DNA of 63,829 bases, filler included, from Octopus bimaculoides (lineage: Eukaryota): NCBI RefSeq assembly GCF_001194135.2. It is 8 parts of 8 records of this genome, joined end to end, with 100 filler letters (N's around TTAATTAATTAA, not from the genome) between each part and the next. Parts side by side here need not be neighbours in the genome. Positions count along the whole stretch, not along the records: positions 55,137 to 62,624 come from NC_068987.1; positions 62,725 to 63,829 come from NW_026304719.1; 6 more parts are not named here. One strand, 5' to 3'. The translations under genes and the position numbers were made by a program. Shown here piece after piece: positions 55,199-63,829 of the stretch. Each line of letters opens with the position of its first letter. Positions within the stretch are counted from its first letter, which is position 1. The notes beneath the pieces are model-generated. The model worked only from the letters and a program-made list of their open reading frames with translations, had not been told where the DNA came from and searched no databases.

Positions 55199-55568
55199 GC
55201 ATACATACATTTACATCCGTGCATACATACATACATACTTACATACATATATATACACACATATATATACATATATGCATATATATACATATACACATAC
55301 ATACATCTTCATATACATATATACATAAACATACACCTCCATACGCACATACACATCTATCTACTTATATGTAAATACGTATGTACATGCATGCATACAT
55401 ATACACGCACGTATGTATGTTTGTGTGCGAACACCTATCAATCGAAATGAAATACGATTTAGAGGTGTTCTGAGGAGTATATTTAAATGAAAAGAAACCG
55501 CGTGTATATATGTATGTATATACATATATACGTACATACATACATACATACATGCATGCGTGCATACA

Positions 55569-55624
<56 letters not shown>

Positions 55625-56021
55625 NNNNNNNNNNNNNNNNNNNNNNNNNNNNNNNNNNNNNNNNNNNNNNNNNNNNNNNNNNNNNNNNNNNNNNNNNNNN
55701 NNNNNNNNNNNNNNNNNNNNNNNNNNNNNNNNNNNNNNNNNNNNNNNNNNNNNNNNNNNNNNNNNNNNNNNNNNNNNNNNNNNNNNNNNNNNNNNNNNNN
55801 NNNNNNNNNNNNNNNNNNNNNNNNNNNNNNNNNNNNNNNNNNNNNNNNNNNNNNNNNNNNNNNNNNNNNNNNNNNNNNNNNNNNNNNNNNNNNNNNNNNN
55901 NNNNNNNNNNNNNNNNNNNNNNNNNNNNNNNNNNNNNNNNNNNNNNNNNNNNNNNNNNNNNNNNNNNNNNNNNNNNNNNNNNNNNNNNNNNNNNNNNNNN
56001 NAGAGAGAGAGAGAGAAAGAG

Positions 56022-56055
<34 letters not shown>

Positions 56056-56349
56056 AGAGAGAAAGAAAGAGTGAGGGTAAGAGAGGGGGAGGTGAACATG
56101 ATTGAAATAAGATAAGAAAATAAACAAGAGATGCTCTACTAAAAACAAAAAAAAAGGGATCGGAAAATAATATTAACTTCTAGTTATAGATATCCTTGAG
56201 AGCAAGAGATGTGATATGAGTGTATATATAAACAAGTGCTCAATGCAAACAAGTTTACTTTTTATATATACATATATGAATATCTGTGTATATATACGTG
56301 TGTGTGTGTGTATGTGTATGTGTGTATATATGAATGTATATCCGTTTGT

Positions 56350-57165
56350 ATGGATATGCATATTCTCTTCTGTTTGTAATTATTTGAAGTCTTCTTGTAA
56401 TGAAGGAGCTGGTTTCTAACAAAGTTACAAATCTCCATCGTTGGAAAGAAGATAACAGGAACAATGTGACATTTTGAACCTGAGAAATGTTTTGTTGACT
56501 TTTAGTCATTGCATTTGTAACGTGCGAATTAAATGGTTGATTTCTTTTTCTGAAAACTCTAGATTATCCAGATTGTCAATTAGGCATTTGCGCACAAAAC
56601 CAAGTGCACCAATTATTATGTTTATGTCTGCATACACGTATGTATGCATGTATGTATCGATGTATATGTATATATGTATATATATGTGTGTGTATGTATA
56701 TTTGTATGTATGTCTATATACTCTCTTTAATTTATAATCATTTGAAGTTTTCCTGCAAGGAAGGCGCTGGTTTCTAATAAAGATACAAAGGTCCATTGCT
56801 GGAATGTAGATAGGAAAAACAATGTCACATTTTGAACTTGATAAACGTCTTGTATATTTTTTCAAGCCGATCATATGGAGGAATGGTGTTCGTTTCCATT
56901 TCTTAACATGAAACCAATGGTAACCTTAATACACACACACGAACACAAACACACACACATACGCACGCACACACACAGACACATACACACACACATTCAC
57001 ATACATACACACACATAAATATATATATAAAGACATGCACAGGTATATATGCATATATATCGTGTGTATATGTACATACGTTTACATTCATACATAAATA
57101 CACACGCACACAGAGATATATAAGCATACACGTTATGTGTATATGTATGTATATATATATATGTA

Positions 57166-57228
<63 letters not shown>

Positions 57229-58550
57229 AAATAAGCAACAGGATATCAAGTAGTGATGCAGTACGACCATTTCAAGCGACTCCATTTAATTGAACAATGC
57301 AATCATTACATCAATTTAAATGCAAGGCTTTCTTCAGCTGCACAAATAAATAAATAGAATTTTAACCAGTCGGATACATTAATATGATTTTTCTCAAATA
57401 CTTTAAGAGAGCAAGAAGATGGAAGAAATTCATGTTGTCGCAATTGTAGCAAAGAATAGACTACACTTCCAAGAAAGGTATGAAGCTTACTGGGGTCATA
57501 GTGTTGTAAATGATTGTAATTCATTTCTAATTCAATTATTTCTCTATCAACTACTAAATCTAAGACTAGAAGACTTTGTCTATTATAAATAAAGAACAAG
57601 AGTGAGTTGACAGCTCATGGTTAGGTAAGGTCATAAATATTATCATATGTATCCCTTTTCGTCAGGGAGGAAAGAAGACATTAGGAGTACTCAGTTGGAT
57701 ATAAGTAACTGTCTATAAAAAGAGGCTGGGTAGGGGAAGGCTTTAAATCATGGTGTTAATTACCACTTAAAGGGGTAAGACGCTAAGAAACCTAAGATGT
57801 TAATACAGAGGAAATTTTATTTTGGGGCACTATGGGGTATTGTTTATAAACAATATTATGTTGTATAAAAAATAAAATTTTAAATTCTCAAAAATTATAT
57901 GAAAGCCAAAATAGGTAAAATGTATGTATATATCAATTATAAACGTTAAAAAGGAAAGATTAAATAGAATCAGTTTAATATTCATTCATGTACTTAATTA
58001 CTTATTCGGTGGTTTCTATAAAGACTGCTCAGGGCATTTACTTATGGAATAACTGGAAAGATAAACATGCTATCTATATATTAATTATGAGCCAAGAATC
58101 AGAAAAACTAAAGATGTGTACAGATACACACACATTTATATATGTGCACACATGCCCATATACACATACACAAATATTTATACGTTTATATGGATATAGT
58201 ATAACCATCTCGCAAAGACTTAAGTAACTGAAAAATCTATTTAAAAACAAGAAAAGTAACAATTTATAAGGGATAAGAGGTTAATAGGTAAAGGATATCA
58301 AAATAAGAAAACAAAATACTAAGAAATACATGTAACCTACATTTAAAGAGACAGGGGATTAAAATAAGAGGTAGGGAAGAGTTAAACCCCGAAAAGAGGA
58401 GGTTGTAGGTATGGACGGAGTGAGGGCAGTTAGGGGTATTCAAACTGAAGAAATTTTTATACGCTGCAATGTTACAGGTGCTACGGTATGTATGATTTTA
58501 TAATTTCTAGGGGGTTTATGATTTAGTCGAAAGGAGATTTACTTACGTAA
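56350..58550 (-). pseudogene. LRR-coding relic C
   Basis: gtaaatctcc start motif shared with unit 2; LTALTPSIPTTSSFRGLTLPYLL, FMTLPNHELSTHSCSLFIIDKVF and IIELEMNYNHLQH (ORF 57306..57599). Confidence 0.65.
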
Positions 58551-58588
58551 AGTCACTACAAATATACATAATATGATCAGTAGGGCAG

Positions 58589-58662
<74 letters not shown>

Positions 58663-59024
58663 TATATATAAATCATAATTAGGTTACCTATACCTGTCTG
58701 TGATAGCAGCTAAATTTCCTCCGCATCTATAAAAACATTTCACACACCTCCCTGATAAACTACTACTGTGGTTAGTCTCCAATTTTCTTTCTTCTCTTTT
58801 TTCAGAAACTTACTCGTGTCGGAGGTGTGTATGCGTAAGTGTGTGTAAGTGTGAGCCTCAGTGTGTGAGTCTGTGTGTGTGTGCGCGCATGCACGTATGT
58901 ACCTTACTGCACTTTTAAAAGGACTCGCAATCAAACGGGATCGCTGTCCACATCCCATTATTTCTTTGCATGTTTATAGACGTTTATAAACGATTGCCGC
59001 AGCACCATACATTAATAATCTTTT

Positions 59025-59450
59025 CTACTCTAGGCACAAGGCCCCAATTTTTTGGGGGAGGGGTCCAGTTGATTAGATCGACTTCAGTACGCAACTGGTG
59101 TTTAATCTATCGACCTAGAAAGGATGAAAACCAAAGTCAACCTCGGTAGCATTTGAACTCAGAACGTAAAGAGAGGAGAAATACGGCTAAGCATTTCGCC
59201 AGTGCTAACGTTTCTTATTTCTTTATTGCCCACAAGGGGCTAAACGTAGAAGGGACAAACAAGGACAGACAAAGGGATTAAGTCGATTACATCGACCCCA
59301 GTGCGTAAGTGGTACTTAATTTATCGACTCCGAAAGGATGAAAGGCAAAGTCGACCTCGACGGAATTTGAACTCAGAACGTAGCGGCAGACGAAATACCG
59401 CTAGGCATTTCGCCCGGCGTGCTGACGATTCTGCCTGTTCGCCGCCTTAT
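59025..59450 (-). mobile_element. Two abutting or nested family 2 SINEs
   Basis: Copy 1 at 59025-59212; copy 2 at 59213-59450 with a distinct 3' tail. Confidence 0.85.
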
Positions 59451-59542
59451 TTATTGTATTATTGTGCACTATATCGATTACATTTAATAATAATATCTGA
59501 ATCTAGATATTTCGATTTGTGCCTTGTGGGATACATTCATTA

Positions 59543-59574
<32 letters not shown>

Positions 59575-60230
59575 NNNNNNNNNNNNNNNNNNNNNNNNNN
59601 NNNNNNNNNNNNNNNNNNNNNNNNNNNNNNNNNNNNNNNNNNNNNNNNNNNNNNNNNNNNNNNNNNNNNNNNNNNNNNNNNNNNNNNNNNNNNNNNNNNN
59701 NNNNNNNNNNNNNNNNNNNNNNNNNNNNNNNNNNNNNNNNNNNNNNNNNNNNNNNNNNNNNNNNNNNNNNNNNNNNNNNNNNNNNNNNNNNNNNNNNNNN
59801 NNNNNNNNNNNNNNNNNNNNNNNNNNNNNNNNNNNNNNNNNNNNNNNNNNNNNNNNNNNNNNNNNNNNNNNNNNNNNNNNNNNNNNNNNNNNNNNNNNNN
59901 NNNNNNNNNNNNNNNNNNNNNNNNNNNNNNNNNNNNNNNNNNNNNNNNNNNNNNNNNNNNNNNNNNNNNNNNNNNNNNNNNNNNNNNNNNNNNNNNNNNN
60001 NNNNNNNNNNNNNNNNNNNNNNNNNNNNNNNNNNNNNNNNNNNNNNNNNNNNNNNNNNNNNNNNNNNNNNNNNNNNNNNNNNNNNNNNNNNNNNNNNNNN
60101 NNNNNNNNNNNNNNNNNNNNNNNNNNNNNNNNNNNNNNNNNNNNNNNNNNNNNNNNNNNNNNNNNNNNNNNNNNNNNNNNNNNNNNNNNNNNNNNNNNNN
60201 NNNNNNNNNNNNNNNNNNNNNNNNNNNNNN

Positions 60231-60269
<39 letters not shown>

Positions 60270-60319
60270 TACATACATACATACGTCTACGGATAGGAGT
60301 TAGAGCGCGTGTGTGTGCT

Positions 60320-61053
60320 ATAAACATTTTGTTAGACTTAACTATAGAATGTATATGGAGGCTGCGTTTGAACAAGGTGTTTCACTGTTTTATTAAAAAT
60401 TACTGCCTTAGCCCGTAAGCTATGGCTGATTTCCGGAAGCAATGTTATTAAGTTGATAAACATCAGAAATTGCGGTTTGTAATATAATTTCAAGTAGAAG
60501 TCGATGTGTAGAAATTGGTTGATTTAATCAAAGTCATGCCTCAAACTATTTACATAGTGGGCGATGTCCCGAACAAAATTTGCTTTCATTATTCATGAAA
60601 GCGCCATAATTTTGTTGAGACAACGAAACACTAAAATTTACTTGAGAAATCGTACAATGAGCCAATAAAAGAAAATGATTGATTAAAAGAAAGAATGAAT
60701 GCATAAAAGCTTAAATACATAAATGTGAGATTGTAAGAAAGAGAGAAAGAGAGTGAGAGAGAGAGAGAGAGAGAGGGAGAAAGAAAGGAAATCTAAGGCA
60801 AAAAAATGATATTTTGAGAATAGTTTTCAAGTATATTGTGCTTTATATAATTTTTTATCCTTTTACTTGTTTCAGTTATTCTGACTGCAGCCATGCTGGA
60901 GCACCGCCTTTAGTAGAGCAAATCGACCCCAGGACATTTTCTTTGTAAGCCTAGTACTTATTCTATCGGCTCTTGTGCCGAACCGCTAAGTTACGGGGAC
61001 GTAAACACACCAAAATCGGTTGTCAAGCGATGTTGGGGGTGACGCACTCAAAC

Positions 61054-61092
<39 letters not shown>

Positions 61093-61620
61093 CACGCACA
61101 CACACACACACACGCACACACGCACACACACACGCGCATACATATACGACAGGCTTCTTTCAGTTTCCGTCTACCGAATCCACTCACAAGGCTTCGGTCA
61201 TTGAGACTTATGAAAACTCTTTTTAAAAGAATATTTGCATAGTATTCAAATACAAGGGGCATTTTCCTTGTTTCTGCCTGTCTCTGTCTCTCTTGTTTAC
61301 TCTTGTGGGTTCGAGGTCGTTGTGAATTCTTGGCAGAGGAGAAGAAGAAGAAGAAGAAGAATGCGAGAGTGCTATGATAGTAGTAGGATGTTAAATGGTC
61401 AAGTGCCCTGAAAGCGACAGGTTGTGGATGGTAGTAGTGATTGAATTATTGGGATATCTCTTTTGAATGTATTGTTTATAATATTTGCGTAGGTGTTATT
61501 CTAAACAGCAATAGTAGTAAAGTAAGGAATACAACACAGTAATCTCCCGCCATATCGTGCCTCACCTATTGCAGTTCACCTATCACGGTTTATTATTTAA
61601 GCTTACGTTGATTTCTCCGT
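60320..61620 (-). pseudogene. LRR-coding relic D, split by a SINE
   Basis: PVAFRALDHLTS and ANIINNTF; RVFISLN before the SINE rejoins YIKHNILENY after it; NLTFMYLSF. Confidence 0.55.
60860..61200 (-). mobile_element. SINE family 1, 5'-truncated
   Basis: Reverse complement of the 6330-6720 body. Confidence 0.85.
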
Positions 61621-62390
61621 GGTAAAAAAGTATATACAGTACAGTACTGTTTCTACTACGCGGATTTCCACCTATTGCGCGGGATTTTGGAACGTAACAC
61701 CCGCGATAGTCGATGGATTATGGTATATGTTTTTATGTGCTACTATTAGATTCATTCGAGCGATGAAAACATCTCAGACAGTATATTTTAGCATGTCTGC
61801 TGCTTAAGCGCAATTTTCAGGCAATGCCCACATAACATAATTTGCAAACAATAGGACGATAGTATGAAAGAAGAAACGAGAAAAGACGAGAAAGAAATAG
61901 ATATAAAAAGTGGAAAGTTGAAAGACCGGAAAACGAAAAAGAAAATGGCTTGTTATGCCACGTGAGCATTGCCCGACGATTGCATTAAGACACCAGATGT
62001 GTTAAAAAGTACCGAGATGCTTTTATCGCACGAAACTAATAGTAACATATAAAAATATATATTGTGTTTATTAAATTATATTTATCTCTCACCAGATGAA
62101 GCACTATGTATTTATATGTGTGTGTGTATATTTATGCATATACAGAGCCGTCGCATGACATTTAAAGGGCTCCTACAACTTTTTGTTTCGAGGCCCCATG
62201 TCTTCAATGAAAATTCATAAGCTAAGCACCTTTATTATCTGCAAAAATTAAACCTAGTCCCTTACAGCTTGTTGTATTTTAGAATCATCACAGCAGAGTT
62301 TGCTGTGATGATTCTAAATTACAGTACATAAAAAAAACTAACGGTATAATTTTTTTCTACCCCGCTGTAGATAGATGGATACACACACAA

Positions 62391-62429
<39 letters not shown>

Positions 62430-62431
62430 TC

Positions 62432-62465
<34 letters not shown>

Positions 62466-62709
62466 CGCGCGTTCACATGCGCACTCCTTGCTTTTGGTAC
62501 AGAAAGAATTTTATCTCCAGTTTTTATTACCTTAGGAGGTCAAAGGCCACCGTTCTTGATACAAAGTGACCAGCTTTTCCACAAAGTCAAATAACAATGC
62601 CAATTATATATATATATATATATANNNNNNNNNNNNNNNNNNNNNNNNNNNNNNNNNNNNNNNNNNNNTTAATTAATTAANNNNNNNNNNNNNNNNNNNN
62701 NNNNNNNNN

Positions 62710-63480
62710 NNNNNNNNNNNNNNNCAACATTTTCTATTTTCCTCTGTTTCAAGTAATAGTGAGTTTAGATTACATTTATTGCAGATTATACAGACTCTCG
62801 GTTGCATAGTGTTGTATTAGAAAGCACAAATATAGTTTCTCTACCAGGAAATATATGTAATATTATATATGAAAAAAATATTATTTTAACACGTTAAAAT
62901 ATTATCAAACATGATTCTTGGAGGCTCGTTTTCGATTTTCACTTATATGTTTGTTTCTGTTGTTTTATCCATTATTTCATTAACAGAACTTGAACCTGGA
63001 AACACAATGAGGAAACTATATCAGATATTATATTGCTAAACTTGTCTATATAGATAAACGTGTCTATAACGGATGCCTTTTAGTTCTTTTGTATTAATTC
63101 TGTCGCATGTTTTATTCTGGTGTTCATATCTTCTAGAATTCATTTGCTCCCTATTCCTAATTCAATATTTGCAATGTTGAAATGTCTGTATTTCGGACCT
63201 GCAAAATTTGCTGCAAATACACGTGAATGTTTGTTGGTAATGTTATATGTATACGTTGGTTTATATTTAGATAAATTTTAGTTATGTCGTTCCGGAAAAA
63301 GATTTTAGGTGATACCTTTGTATGTTACCTAAAGATTTCGCTACCAAAATATATAAGATGTTTCTTTGTCATTCGTATTGATTTAGCGTCCGAATGTAGT
63401 TTGCAGTAACATCAAATTTTCAATTGCTGAGGATTAACATCACGCTTTGAAACTCGGAGTTCCTACGAAGTTGAACCATA
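62710..63480 (-). pseudogene. LRR-coding relic L
   Basis: FDVTANYIRTLN, ITKIYLNINQRIHITLPTNI (63180-63300) and KIENEPPRIMFDNILT. Confidence 0.6.
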
Positions 63481-63543
63481 CTGCTTTGACTCATAGAGAT
63501 ATGAGAATACATAAATAGAAACATACATATGCATGATTATATA

Positions 63544-63745
63544 ACCGGTGGACTCGCGTAGTTATCGAGTGGTAACTGTGCGAGCGGAAAGGACCACTCG
63601 GAAGGCCTCCACGACGGTGGAGTTACGATTTTAGGAGGGCGATTGGGACCACGTGGATGAGGAAGGCACGATCCAGAGAGGAGTGGACAGCGTGCTGTGA
63701 CCAGCAGTGTCAAATGGACGCCCGACGGACTGGTCGGTCAAGGTG
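63544..63745 (+). mobile_element. RTE-clade LINE 3' end
   Basis: RWTRVVIEW*LCERKGPLGRPPRRWSYDF...TWMRKARSREEW. Confidence 0.8.
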
Positions 63746-63751
63746 ATCAAG

Positions 63752-63790
<39 letters not shown>

Positions 63791-63829
63791 GAATATATAT
63801 ATAGAGTATATATATATACATATATACAT

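Overview
Eukaryotic, AT-rich, microsatellite-saturated draft scaffold with many N gaps. The SINE families and repeat style point to an octopus (cephalopod) genome; this is inferred, not proven. The only clearly intact protein-coding piece is a 2,601-nt symmetric exon (52283-54883, minus) of a FRAS1/FREM-family extracellular-matrix gene, most like FREM1. Most of the remaining non-repeat sequence appears to be a decayed minus-strand tandem gene cluster. About eleven relic leucine-rich-repeat (LRR) coding tracts can be read by eye through stops, frameshifts and insertions. At the left end three tandem units each place a short rhodopsin-class 7TM receptor directly upstream of the LRR tract. In unit 2 the frame runs from TM7/helix 8 into the first LRR without a stop, suggesting an unusual 7TM-then-LRR gene, or a GPCR abutting the acceptor of an LRR exon. 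The rest is SINEs, mariner/Tc1 relics, RTE, CR1-like, L1/Tx1-like and R4/Dong-like LINE fragments, foldback elements and simple repeats. Relic boundaries are approximate and were translated manually; no database searches were run.
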